From the NCBI RefSeq assembly GCF_011386835.1, contig NC_088806.1, positions 28,706,001-28,770,000 on the forward strand: DNA of 64,000 nt, given 5' to 3'. The translations under genes and the position numbers were made by a program. Origin of the DNA: Chrysemys picta bellii. Its lineage: Eukaryota. Positions 25,501 to 40,500 of this stretch are shown here, piece by piece (the first letter of the stretch is position 1; each line of letters starts with the position of its first letter). The notes under the pieces were generated by a model. It did no database searches, was not told the DNA's origin, and saw nothing but the letters and a program-made list of their open reading frames with translations.

Positions 25501-28500
25501 TCCTCCACCTCCTGTTCAAGCCTCCAGTTGTCTTCTTGTATGTAATTCTGGAGTTCAGGTGGCAGAAGTTCTACTTCTTTCTGAAACTGTCCCGTTTCTG
25601 CATCAGCAGCAGCATCTGCAGAAAAGCAAGATTTTTTGTTAGCAATGAAACACACAGCAGCAAGATAATACTGCCGCAAACGAGGAATATCTAGAAACGT
25701 TAAGGAAGACTGATCAAATGGATTGGAAAAATAAAGAAGGAAACGAATATTTTTTCCTGGAATTTGAATTCAGGATGCTCCATAAACAAGTACAAGAAGA
25801 TGGTAGATGGTCAGCTCTTTGGGCAAGGGGCCGTCTTTTTGTTCTGTGTTTACACAGAACCTAGCACAATGGGGTCCTAGTCCATGACTAGTGCTCCTAT
25901 GCACTATAGTAATCCAAACAATAACTAACCATAGAAAGGTACATTTCTGCATGGCGCACCTGGGCTCGGTAAACCCTCTTGAAGTAACGACCAGGGCTGA
26001 GAGAGGGCATAGATTTCTCTTTACCAAAGGCTACCATAATGCTACAGATGGGGCTTAAAATGACAATAACCAGAAAACTTGGAGTTCAGCTTAAAACTCC
26101 ACACTTCAACCACTACATGAAACTGAGGGGTACAAAACTGCAAGGATTCCAGGTAGTGAGTGATTTTATACAGGTACTGAAATATCTAGGCATAATGGGA
26201 CACTGGTTAATAATGGTATTTCAGCTCTATAGTACCACTTAAGAAAAAATATAATGAGGAGTGTATCTAATACCGAATGATAATGCCCTATCCCAGATTC
26301 TTTCCTTTATAAAAATACTTAAAAGTACAAGGGTCTTTAAAAGCACTAAATGTATATGAAGTCTCATTAAAAGCATAGGATGGGTTCAGTTTAGAAACTG
26401 AAAAGTCAGAGCACTAGGAAGACAAACAAGAACTTGTTTCAGCTTCCTCATTCCCATTAGCTAGATTCTGCAATGACTATTGCTGTATTGTTTGCTTTTA
26501 TTATATCAAAATGAGCCATGTACGAAATTATTAGGCTCTTCTAGATGGCCAACAGCTGTACGATGCAAGTAGCTGCTTACACGCTCATGCATTGTAAACA
26601 CACAATTACAAGGATCAGTTATCATTAGGGATAATTCATCTCAGGCACAGAAGGGACGATACGCTGCATAAGCAACATGCACTGGGTGTGCTGTGTATAT
26701 TATGCTACCACTATCTATCAGAAGCCAAAACAAAGAGCAGGGTGTGTAAATGGCCAGGCCAAAGTAGGAAACATTCTGTTTGATCTTATAAAGGATTTGC
26801 CGACTGTACACGGACACAATGAGAATGCCAGAATACAGGCCAACTGAAACACAAAGACAAATGCAGGACTGGACATTTATATGGACAAGAAGAATAGTTA
26901 CAGTTAATGCTAAGGATAGGTCTACACTTACCTCTGGGTCCGGCGGAAAGCAATCGATCTTCTGGGATCGATCCCGGAAGTGCTCGCCGTCGACGCCGGT
27001 ACTCCAGCTCGGCGAGAGGAGTATGCGGCATCGACGGGGGAGCCTGCCTGCCGCGTCTGGACCCGCGGTAAGTTCGAACTAAGGTACTTCGAATTCAGCT
27101 ACGTTATTAACGTAGCTGAATTTGCGTACCTTAGTTCGAAATGGGGGGTTAGTATGGACCAGGCCTAAGAAAAACCCTGAAGCATGAGGTTAAGACAATC
27201 TCCAACAATTAGGGATTAGGACATCCTCAATTTAATGGGGGACAGATTAGCCCACATATGCCTGTTGCAAGGTTTCTTTCACCTTCCTCTGAAGCACCTG
27301 GTCTGGCGACTGTCAGCAAGACAAGGATACTAGGATAGATGGACAAGGGGGCTGACCCAGTATGGCAATTCCTATAAGCCTGCATTAACCAAGCTATATG
27401 AAACAATACTTTAGTATCATCCCAAAAGGTCGGAACAAGCGCTCACCTGGGCTGGTGAATCAAGCACAAGACAGGGAGCATCTCATTTTTATCTCACTTC
27501 ACATATCCATTTTGCTTCCAACTCCCTCTTTGGCCATGGAACCCCCCGCTGTCACAGCTTCCCCATCCACAGAGCAGGGATAACACTTACTAGTGTCACA
27601 GCGGTGTTGAGCAGGTTAATGAGCATTCAATGCTACGAAGGCAACACACACCACACAAGTGACTAAGTTCTACCTGTAGCTTTGGTTCTAGTACCTGCAA
27701 CAAAGTGGGACAGCTTATCATTGATGTACATCAGACAATAGGCACTGGCATTCCTCAGGCCTCCATATGAATCTCTCTCCAGTTCTTCCCAGGATGATTC
27801 TGTCACAGAGATGTCATTGTATTTGAGCCAGCTCTTCCGGGGCTGGTCGTATATGTAGGCCCAGTAGTGACCGGCATTTGCTTGGCCCTCATGAACCAGG
27901 ACAGCATGCAAGCGATAAGGAACCTGAAAATTCACATGGACATGATTTCTGGGCTTATCTTGAATGGATGAAGTAATCGAAAATCTATGAAGACATTCAC
28001 AGCTGTCACATGCTTAAAAATTGTCCATTCGTTCATTCGACTGCCTGATGTAAACAGATTCCCTTCCCCTTGATGAGCTCAGCTTAAAAACACTTCTATC
28101 CACTACCAGTGTGACCATGAAATCCTAAGCCTGACCACCCCACTGGTATCCAAACCTGTCAAACTAATTTCATGTTTCATGTGTGGCAGTCACCATATCT
28201 CATCTAAACTATTTAATGAGTTTCTTACTACTGAGGTTCTTTCTAAAATGTTTGCCAGAGACCCATGATGTGCCAGACACAAGTTCTTCTGGTTCCTATT
28301 GCTGGGGTGAAAGATAATTGGAACTTGGAGCCAAGCCCCCTTGCATTCAAATCTGTAACAAAAATTCTCAAGCAATCAGCCTGGCTGCCTTTAACAGAGC
28401 CTTGTGCCTGGCACACACAAAGTGTTTTCAGGACTAAGATTGGAGAAGCATCCCACAAGTGTTGTATAAATTTTTAAAAATGCACTTACTACAGTGGCTT

Positions 28501-31500
28501 TGATTCTCTGAATACACCCCTGTAATTCCAAACTATACGATTACCTGCACTGCTATGTGGTGACAGAACCTATTGCAAAGTACAGTACCCGAAGACCCCC
28601 TTCTCACACCAGAGAGTATAGAATAGTTCAGGTTGATAACCAAAACCCATCCAAAAATAAAGCCCTCTCTGCAGAGTCTACTCAGGACAGGAGTTCCCCA
28701 GGTCCTTCCTGCCCAAAGTATCTGAGTGACATGGATCAGAGGATACTTCATCACTCTCAGATCTTGGGAATCTGACAAGTCTGAGGACACCTACCAATCC
28801 TCCTTGAACACTCAGGTTCCAATAAATGATCTAAGCATCTTATATCTAAAGCCTTATTATCTCTGGTCTTATAGGCTGTAAGGTAGTCATCTGCACTAGG
28901 GAATAACTGGAATCAGATTCAGAGGACAGGTGTGTAATTTTCAGATGCCTGTTCAACCTATGCTTCCTGTTCTTTGATACAGAAACAAATGAATCCAAGA
29001 AGAGCCTGGGACTCTCAGTAACTGGCTGTTCTACTCGCAGGTAAAGATTCAGAGACCTCATGCCGTGGTGGATGCAAGAAGTTCTTCTGCAGACAGGCTC
29101 AGACTCAGAACCACATGACTGGCTCTTTCTCCAATGGATCAGAGACTTCTCAGGCAAAGACCTAGAAGGCCCTCTTGGTCTGACAAAGTCTCCGCCAGCT
29201 TATGTGGGCCCAAGATCCAGGCACATTTCTAGGCCAGTTCTTGCTGGAAAGCCTTTATTATTTGTTTGCAGTATTTACAGGCATTGCAGTTCCTGGCTGG
29301 TGGGCAGATGGAGCAATTGCCTATCTAAGATGTCATACATTGCAAGGCATCCACAGTGAAGGTGACTTGATAGAAATATTAGGTCAAGAACAGAAGTAAT
29401 GAAATCTGAACACTTTCCCCAGGCACAGAAAATGTAATTGTGAGAAAAAGTCCAAACACAAAACGAGAAAAAGCTAATGACAATCCCCTTTTTAAAACTC
29501 TAATCCTAATACAGGGAGAGAACTAGGTTCTGCATCCACTGAGGCTGAAAAGCACAGAAATGAGACAGTTGGCAGTGGAGGAGTTTCTGGACTCTTGGTT
29601 CTAGAAAACTGGAAGAGAGCTCATTCCCACACTACCTCTTGCCCCATCCCCAAAAGCTTTGAAACAGGTCCAGTCACCGAGTGGCAGGGCAAGAGATCTC
29701 GCATCAGGGATCTACCAAGGCAACGTCATGTAGGTAGGTAGAACTACAAAGTGTGAATCAGCAGAGAGAAGAATTCTGAGCCCTAAGCCAGGCCATCTTG
29801 CACCAAGAAATCAGCTATCTATAACCAAGAACACACAAAGGGGCTGACCTGTTACATACTAAAGGGAAAGGGCAGCAAAATAAAGGCTAGAGTTTACCTC
29901 AGATTTCATCAAGAAAGCTAGGGGGGAAAACACACTATTTCTTGAAAATCCTTAAATTTTTTAAAACAAAATTTTCCCGGGGAACTTTTGAAATATGCTA
30001 AAGCAGAAAAAGTAAACTGACCACCAACAACTTGGATTTCACATTATACAATGGGCATTGTTCAACTGGTAAACATAGTAGAGCATGACTACCCTGCAGT
30101 GACATAGGGAGTTCATCCTTCAGGGTCTTTGACTAATCCAGATATTTATGACTCTACAAAATTCATCTTAGCATGTGCAGGTGCCCAAGTGCTAATGGGA
30201 GAAACTGACAGTGACAAGTGTTTATCTAAGATTATATTAAATGCATTATGTTCAGTTTGTTTTTAGGTTCATGGATCCTATTAGTCACCTACTAAGAACA
30301 CCATTTTAAGTAAGTTATTTCCCTCCTCAGAAAGGCATGTGTTTCGTTTCAAAGCGAACTTGGCAAAACATTTAGACACCCACCCCTTCCTACGTACATG
30401 CGTGCAACTTCCCTAATATTAATGTGACCTATAGGCACACACCAGCAGCACTATATCATTTTAATGAGCCCCTCTATGAAAACCTAACAAAGCCACACTT
30501 CCTACCTGACGGAGGACAGGGTCACCATACATTTGACCAATGGATTGGTTGATTCTGGTAATACAGTCCTTCAGATCTATTGAGAACAACAACACAGATC
30601 ATCAGCTTTGTTTAGATAGTGCCCCCTTCACTCCAAACACATGGGAGTACAGAGGTAATCAGAACATAGGCCCTTGCCTGCCCTCGGATACAATCATGCA
30701 GTTACTACCACAGAAGTTAATAGAAAGTTGTGCATGCTTATCTTATGATAGACCAGGGCCTTGTATATATACTGGACATCACATTACATTTAAGGATTAT
30801 TGCTACACTCACTGCTGAAAAGCAGCCACCTCTGGGGTGGAGCATGGTTCAGGAGTTAGACAGTTGAAGCTGCCAGAGGGAATTTAGGTTAGCAAAAGGC
30901 TGAAATGCACGATAAATACTTGAGGCCAACCTTGGATGTCCTGCTCAATCTCGCTCCTCCATCGCTGCAGGCACGTCCTAACTAGGCTCATCTCCTCCTC
31001 AGTGACCACACGAGGAGCTGGGCATTCAGGCATTTCTGCTGGTAAACAGGAGGGCTGGGACGGAGGGTTTATCAGAGTGGATGCTGCACCTTCAGTGTTC
31101 TCAGTACTTTCTGTTTCTAATACACTATGAAGCAAAAGCCACATATTGATGGACACATTATTCAGGCTGCTGTTTCCAGAGAGCATACTCAAGTTCACAA
31201 TGCTTTAAAAAAATATTCAAGATCTGAACAAGCAAGTTTCCATCCCAGATGATGCCAGGCTTACACGTATTCACTAGTCAGGGAACAGTTTGGTAGTGCA
31301 GTCACTTCCGAGAGGACCAGATCCCAAGACAAGAGGTGATGTAAAAGCGCGAGTTCTTACAGGACTCCACAGTGAAGCATAGAGCCACAATCCACAGCAC
31401 TGACAATTCCTTCCCATTTTACCAGAGAACGCATTTACTTGCTTGCTTAAATTCAGAGCGCAAGCCAACCATGGTGGGTGGATTTGTGATACTTCAGTAT

Positions 31501-34500
31501 TGCACTATTTTAATGGTTGATGAAACAAAACAAAAGATTACTACACTGTGCAAAGAGTTCACATAATTTATCTCAAGATTACTGCTTAAACATAGCAGTT
31601 TGACTTTGTTTCTGGAGAGGAAAAAAGCACAAACTGGATGCCGTGTTATCTGCACAGATTGGTAGCACCCATCTGGGAGCAGGATACTCAAAAGCAGGGA
31701 CTGTCTGTGTTGGTGTTCATACCACACATCCCCAAGGTCCCGAGTGCCTAGACAACTGAACCATACGACAACAGCTCCTGGAGCAATGATCCAGGACTCT
31801 TTAGCTCAAAAGGTCAAAGCTCTTTCCTTAGCCAACAAACTTTTTTCTTTCCTCACCTATTTTGCTGCAGAGGTTCATTCAGACCACAGCTCTCAGCTGG
31901 GGACTGTGCAGGAGTCATCTGAGAGTCCTGAGCAGAGGGAACAACTAAAGGTAGCTTTGTACTGGCAAATTCAAGAACATACTGTAGCATGTCAGGTAAT
32001 GGGAAGCGGCTTGGGCCAGAGCCATATTTCATGTATCTAAAGAACAGAAGCAAGACAGCAGAGGTCTGTTAACTGAATCCTCACACAACTCATTTTACAA
32101 GGAGAGGAAAATAGTATGCGCAAGCCATATTTATTATAAAATATAAATGCCTAGTGGCTGCTGGTTATACTAATAACTAACTGTTGTGTTACTTAAATTA
32201 AGCTCTTGCACACAAATAGCTCTTATTCAATTTCATGCCTTGTTTAAAGAGAAAAACACCAACTTGAAGGGGAGGGAGTTGGCTGCTTACCTTTCCAATT
32301 TCTGCTGAAGAACTGCTATTTGCTTCCTCAACTTCCTCGTCTCCTCTCTCTTCTTTTGAATAATCTCTTTACTGCTGTACAAATACCTAAACAAATAGTG
32401 CCCCCCCCCAAAAAAAGTGACTGAGTGAGATTTGTATACCTCTAAGCTCTGCACTGTCTCTCATATGCATAAATTTTAACATTTCCCTGCCCACAGACCC
32501 ACCCACCCCTCTATTTCTCTAGTTAGAATAAAACAGAGCAAAGTGTGAGGAATCAGTTTTGAAATACAACAGCCTTGTAAAATCTCACCTGTCCATATAA
32601 ATAATCTGGGGAAATTCTAGCTTGTTGTGAATCTTCTCTGGCTGCCCTAGTGACTGATTGAACTCGAACCGGGAGAGTTCAAAGGTTAACACCGGAGGGA
32701 GCTTTGTAAACCAACGCTGTAACAAACAGAAATGCCCCAATGAGGGCACAGGTTTTGAGAGGATGGCTGAATGGCACATTTTATATCAACAAGTAATTCT
32801 GCCCCCCCAATAACTTTCTTCCCTTATACATACAAAGTGTGAACTAAATCAACATGAGTTGCTATTTAGAAAGCCTAATTTTACAAAATATAAGACTTCC
32901 ACTTCCATTTTAGACCTTCACCAGACAAAACATAGTTAAATAATATCCAGAAAGTCAATATTTGATGCCCAGAGCACTCAGATTGATAGACTTCCATCTA
33001 GTCAAGGAGCAAATTTAGAATAAGTTGGCAAATGCTACACTGAAACCATGTCTGTAGGCCCACTGAGAGGGAGAGTTACTTCACATTGCTGCTGGCACAC
33101 AAAGAACATCAACAAATAGCAGCCCTTAACCAATCTCTGTGCACTCAACTACTCTCTTGGTCTATTCAGAAACTCTTTAGCTTAAGAGGCACAGACAACA
33201 GATCACCTTCTCAGTATTTGGAGTGTTGCTCTAAATGCTACATTGAAAAGGTTATTCGCAGTTGCATTTATACTTTCCCTGGCTCCCAGCTTTCAAGACT
33301 ATTTCTAACATCCACTGCCAGAAGAATATTTCATGCATTCTAACGCAGTGCCAGACAGACAGTACCCTCCCCCTTGTGGGCTCCTGATAGTACACTAAGA
33401 TAATACTGCTCTGAAAGATCCATATCAGAAAGCCAGAACACAACGGTTCATCCGCAGAATCAAAATGCACCAATAATATTGTCAGTGAGGGTCAATATTA
33501 ATGTAGACAGAGGGAAGCTGCCATTTATCATGACCCTTTTGAGAAAAGTCAACCAAACATCCTCATAACCAACAACAGCAGGGACATGTTTATACACCTG
33601 CTATCAAGGTAAAGACACAGATTTCTAGTTAATCCTGCTGCATATCAGGCTTCAAAACACTCACCTAAGGTCTCAAAAGATAAAATGCACTTTATTTTCC
33701 ACATCCCCTATCATGAAGTCCTCTAGTCACGATATCCTGGGAAGTTAAATTAATGAGCACAGATTTTCCAATCACATCTCCTAAAATTAAAAGTGACAGT
33801 CCTTGGCTTATTTCCTTGTTTGAGACACTTTCCCCTGCTTTTTAGTTAACCATTTAAAGGAACTAAAAGCCATGGACCTCTCCTATCACCTGTTGAACTC
33901 CATCTTGCTCACACTGTCTAAGATTTTGCACAACACCAATCCTACCAGAAGTCTGCTTCGACTGTGTCTGTGTGCTCTAACACAGGAGCAGCAATCACCA
34001 AAATCAGGCAGTTGATTCCAAAGTTAGATGGGCCTTAAAACAAGCTCATCCTGAAGTCAAACCTCTTTTTTAATTCAAGTCACTGCAACTCATCTTTCAG
34101 GCACTCACCTAATGAGTGAAACTTTTCCTCCTCCCCCTTTTACCACCAACCCTTGCAAACATCTCTTTAGTGTTATCTTCCAGCACCTTTTTAACATGGC
34201 CTACAGGCTAATTTCCCTCAGTCTGCCTTCACATCACATGAATCCTTCCATCATTTTAGTTGACCTTCTCTGTCGTCTAATTTTCCCATTGCTTTTATCT
34301 ATAAAGTGAGGCTGAATGCAATGTGTGTATCTTAACCTTTTACTTTGTCACAAAGTTAAGCAGTTTATGATTGGCTCATGATTTGAGTAATTAAAAAAAG
34401 GAAAAAAATAATCAGCACAGGCAGAAGGTTAAGAGTTACAACGAGAGAGAAAAATGAACACTATAACAGGGAGAAAAAAATACAAATTCCAAATGGCATA

Positions 34501-37500
34501 CCATAGAGTTAAGCACTGTACTTTTACCCTCCGAAAATATGGAGGCAGTGGTTCTCCCCTACTCAGGTACAGGTAGGCTTCAATAGAAAGAGAGAGACTT
34601 TATCACACTTACACATCAGAAGCAGGCGCCTTTTTAAAAGGGTAAACTCCTGGAGTAAGTTACATTGGACAACAAGGTCTTTACAAATAAACTAGGGCTT
34701 GGTGGCTTAGATATCAACTCACATTTAACATTAATGTACATTTAACAGACTGACCACGAAATGTTTTACATTTGGTGAAGAGGGAATTTTTACAGTCACC
34801 ATTTTAAGTTACCAGGATACAATAGGACCTCCGTCCACTACATTGACTGCAGCCTTTGAAGAAGAGCAAATAATACATGCAACCAACCTCTTGTCCATAC
34901 TTCACTGATTGATCAGAAGGTAGTGGCTCAATCTCCCCTTCTACCATGGCCCCTTCCAAACATTCGTTTAAGTTCCGATAACCGTTTACCTGAAGGGGAT
35001 ACTGGCCAAAGGTCTCTATCTTAGAAAAGGTCTTGCCTGAATAAAGGGGAAGGAAAAAAAATATAAACCACCTTAAAACAACAACAAAAACTCTCTGCTC
35101 TCTAACTTATTTTAGTATATACAACTATATGTTTCCTACCAAAACAACAGCTTGTAACACTCCACGGGATCTTGCAACAAATCACCCAAGATCTTTCATC
35201 GGGCAGGCAGGTTAGACACATCATCAAAGTAGAGAAATTAGGCCCCTTTGGCTCATCTTCTCTAGAGGTGAGACCCTTTACAAATCTATGCTCATGACAG
35301 TGAGTATTTAATAGAGGATACTACCCTTTGGAGAACAGACTTTACATTATATTCACCGGCACTAGGACAACTATATAAAGATAATCTAATCTGTATGCCT
35401 ATTGTAATAGCGAAGAACCAGACAATCTCACCAAGAAACTGCAACAACACACAATGTCACAAATCATATCATAGATCTACACTACAGCAACAATCAAACC
35501 ACTCAGAAAAAGAGTTAAATGTAAAACCAAAAATCTCTAACTTACCCTCATGGACCCCTTCAGTCAAGAAAGTCCCATAGAAGAGTTGCACCATTGGATT
35601 TTCTGATTTGTCTCGAGGGCTGCTGTTTTCAAAAGGAGAGTGTACGCATTTTGTTAGACAGAAAGGGAGCATATGGGTGAGTTACACTTGCCTTCACAAG
35701 AATACATATATATTAGAATTTTTATTTTGATGGCATCAACAAAATATAACCAACATTAATATAACTGGAGGAAAAGGCAGCAAACATGGCCCCAAACCCA
35801 AGCTATGAGGGAATAGGTAGTTCCTCAATTAATAAATATTACATATGCTGCCCTTTTTTTTTTATTTAAAGGCCACAAGGTATTAAAATGGACTTAAATT
35901 TAACAGCTAAACCTCAGCCTTGGGCTTTGTGCCTAAAAACAAACAAACCAAAAGAAGAGAAAGCCATCAATTTGTAGTAATACTTATAATTATACACTAC
36001 ATTTTGAAAGTGCCTTTAGAAGGATCCCAAGATGCTTCTGTAAATATCATCATCCCATTTATGTTGATAGGTAACACAGAGGTGGGAGTGACTTGCCTAG
36101 ATCAGGTTACAGAGTAAGCCAGTGTCAGAATCAAGATTGCAACCCAGGAGTCCTGGACACTTGACCTCTATTCTAACCCATAATTGCTGGTTCTGGATAA
36201 GTTTGCACTCAGAACTCAAGTTATGCATTTTAAACAAACCAGTTTATCCGTACAGACAAAAAAATTACTCTTCTGCACTTAAAAAAATCATCAACAGTTA
36301 TTTAAGTGTAAAAAGCAGATGCTTTTCATACAGCGTGACCCCGTACATGTCAAGACCTTTTATAATTGTAACTATCACACTACAGATGAATGCACTATTC
36401 AATATGAATTTAGCCCACCGGCTGTAACAACTCTAAACAATACAATATAGAGTTTATTACCTGGTGAATAATCCATGTTGAAGAGTTCCATAAAAACTTA
36501 TGTACTCTGTAGGTCACAATCGCATCAAATAAAAGCACCTATCTAGGCAAGAAATGCTGATGCAAACACAGAATGCTGAATATTATTGAAAAGGGATTAT
36601 CCTGACTGCTGCAGTGAAGAAATGGTTTCTTGGTTTGCCTAAAATATTAATTTAAACTCTAGCATCTATTAGCCAAACAGTCTAATTATAAATCTATTTT
36701 TCTGGGCAGTAAGTAAAAACAACCCAAACGATAACAACTCACTTTACATTCACGGACAGCTGGAATGCATCCTCTAGCCAATCCAGAAGCTTGTGTGTGA
36801 CTTCGCTCACATCTTGCTAAAAGAGAGCCAGAAATTGGAGAGTGAAAGATTCTATCAAGAAAAGGCTTTGATAGAAGCAGGTTTTATTAAAATCTCACAC
36901 TTGTTCAAATATACTCACAAAACTATTGTGGTATCTCTAACCATGTGAACGAGCTATACAAGCTAGGTGTTATTACCACTATTCTAGGTCAAAGATGAAC
37001 ACTTTATCCAGCACTGCACTAAGTCAGAGGAAACTATGCTGGGGACATGGAGAAGAAATCAAGTTCCAAATCCGGTGGTCCCCCACAGCAACTCCGATAG
37101 CAGTGAAGGGACAAATTTCACATTGGCTATTTAACTGTCTTTTTGGTATGCACGTGCCTTTCACTGTCATGGATCTTTAAGAGGGGGTTTTACACAAACT
37201 TGTCAGGTGAAACACAGACAGGCAAGCGTTTGGAATTATAGTAGCAGGGCATTAAGTGAAACATGACTGTTTATATCTTTATTAGGGCTGTTCTGGAGAA
37301 AGCCAAGAGGCATTGTATCCATTTTACCTGCTGTTCGTCAGCTGATTTAAATGCGCCTTTTAAAAGTTCCAGTGATGCAGTGGGGTCTACAAATTTACGA
37401 TGTGTCCCCAGCATTAAAGCAAAGAGACACTGAAGTTCCTGCATGAATGCAATATTTCTCTTTTCCTAGAAAAGAAGAGAGCACAATAGTCTACTGCTCA

Positions 37501-40500
37501 ATAAAAGTAGGACACATATATGAAGAGGTAAATTAACAGCGCCAGCACAAGGAACGTTAATATAATGGACAGTCTCATAAGAGACCAACTTGTGTTAGGA
37601 ACCCATATCTCCTTCGCCATGATGCAAGGATCTTTCTTGAAAGCAGATCTGATCACGAGTCAAGTACATGGGAGAACTGAAGGATTTGCAATGGTTCCTC
37701 AAAGTGTGAAATCTGGGCTCAGGAGAGGTGCCAGAAGTAATATGGCATCTAGAATAAGAAGGCCAAGCTGTACTCTAATATTCTGAAGTTCAGACTTTCG
37801 CTAGAGACTTGGGGTTTTAAGGGGAGGTATGGGGGAGACTGAGAGAAAACAAGTCCTGAATTTCTGGAGTCACTAAAACAGATTAACAAGGCACAGATTT
37901 TCCACTCTCTCTGCAGTTCCTAGTTTTTGAGAAAAGTTATAGGAGAAACTTTCAACCATTTCTGTAATAACTGATTATCCTCAAGAGCAATTTCCCACCC
38001 TTGTCTACAAGCAGCAAGTCAGTTATTATAGTCACCAATACAAACGGCCAGAATCCCTGGAAGAGCCAGGCGTTTCCAGGAGAACTTACACTGCGACTTC
38101 GACAATTCTCAAGCATGCTTTGCGGGAGAGAATAACTAAGGACCAGCCTACGAAATTCCGGCAGCTGGAAGAGAGACTGAAAGGAAAAAAGGGTTAAGAG
38201 AGAGTGTCTGGGCTGGTCAACTCAAGTCTGGACTTTGGTCTCATCTTCATTTGCTAAGCCCATCTCATTCTTTGCAGACTGTATGTTTTTCTTACTCACC
38301 CCCAACTTCTTCAGTGACTTTCTCCTTAAGAAGTAAAACCTTTAACAGCTCTGGGTGTCATAAGGAGGAGGGAGAAAACTTGTTCACCTTAGTCTCTAAG
38401 GATAGAACAAGAAGCAATGGGTTTAAACTGCAGCAAGGGAGGTTTAGGTTGGACATTAGGAAAAAGTTCCTCACTGTCAGGGTGGTTAAACACTGAAATA
38501 AATTGCCTAGGGAGGTTGTGGAATCTCCATCTCTGGAGATATTTAAGAGTAGGTTAGATAAATGTCTACCAGGGATGGTCTAGACAGTATTTGGTCCTGC
38601 CATGAGGGCAGGGGACTGGACTTGATGACCTCTCGAGGTCCCTTCCAGTCCTAGAATCTATGAATCTGACCTTCCCCTTCCCCAAGACTCAATTCCCTCC
38701 ATCCCTCCCAACTAAATTTTTTAAGTAAATTAAGAGAAACCTTTTGGGAAAGAGTGAGGAGAGTTCTTCCCACCCCCAATACTTATCTGCTGATGTAAAA
38801 AGAGCCCGAAGAATTAAGTGTGTTTGGTTCTTCTTTCTGCTGTCTCTTCTCATTTTACTAATCACTAATAATAATCGCTAATAATGCACCCAGTCTAGTT
38901 TCTTATTAGTTCAGGCATCTAACTCCATTAACTGTACTCCATTAACTTGAATCTGATACACCATATGCTGTGGAGCCAGTGTTCACTCCAGTAAAATTAC
39001 ATTATCATCACTTTACCAGTCTGGTTTCTGTCATTCAAGAAGTATTTTACCATTGCACCATGACACAGAACACACATTTGTAAATAATAATAAATACATG
39101 GATATATTTATATAGCCTTTTTTCTGTATCTCATTTTTGCTCTGATCACTTGGCTGCTGGTTTTGAACAGGATCAGAGTAAAATATGCTGCCGCAAAAAG
39201 AAACTCACACTTTAGATCATTTTTGTTTAAAATGTGAAGTAGAAACCGGGTGGGCCTGCACAATCTGCTCTCAAATCTTAGTTCTGTAATGGAAGTCTCC
39301 CAAAAAACTACATCCCAGGGTGAAGACATCCAGTTTTTCTTTTTATATTAATGTGAAGTTACTGATAGGAATATGGAGAAATACAGAATAGCTCGCTGGC
39401 TCACTGTGACCTTGGGAAAGTCAACTAACCTCTCTGTGCCAACGTTTGCCCACCTGCAAAAAGAGGAGATTACTTCCATCATGGAGGTGCTGCAAAGCTT
39501 ATTTAATTGCATGAAATGCATGTTTTGACCCCAAGATGGCAGGATTACAAAAGGGTAAAGTATTACTGCTACCACTGCATTACCTGAATGACTGCACTAA
39601 ACCAGCACGTATTTCCAATGTTCTTCATGCCAACAGGCCAGTCATCCACTCTCCTCCAGTCATTCTGCTTGGGATTCTCTCCCCAGACTTCACACCGTTT
39701 CCTTTTGGAGCGATTTTTGTTTTCAGCAGCATTTGCTTTGTGAGCCCTGGCAGAGGACAAGTATGCAAACATGACATTGTAAGAAAGCATCACACGAGAG
39801 TCTTGACAGCCTTTTAAAAGGGACAAAAACTCATTTTGGTATGTAAGCTTGGCTAGTCAAGTAACCACAACAGAACAAGACAAAAGGAATTGGACACTAC
39901 TGCAGTCCCAAACAGGAGACATACATGAAGCTGGCTCACAGACTGGCATACAGTGCCTGTCATCTCTAGGATTATTATGTTATTATCTATTATATTACAG
40001 ATCAGGGCCCCATTGTGCTGGGCATTGTGCTGATAGATACTCATAGCCATCCCACCTGCCTCACAGAGCTTCCATTCTTAAAGATGAGAGGTAGGTGGTG
40101 AATCAAATAGGGTTGGAGGGGCTGTGGGGTGGAATGGGTAACAATACTACAAGCATTTCTTTTTTTATAGACCTACATGTGAGATTTGTAGACAGAGCAT
40201 ATTCTGTTTGTTAGTTAATGGAGATAAACTCAACAAATGCAACCCAGTTAAAAAGGGACAAAGTGAATGGCTGTTAGTAACCTATGTAAAATGAAATTGA
40301 GGCAGGAGGCCTCAGTACAGTTCTTAATGGATAGGTGCCACAAAAGCCTCTACGTTGGTCACATCAGTAGAGGTGACAGGGACAGGACTGGCCATGAAGA
40401 TAACGAGCCTTCAGTGTGGTATGCAGTCTCTCCAAGTCAGACACAAAGGAACTTGGAGACAGTCCCCAGAGGGTGATAGTCCACGCACCTTCCAACATCA

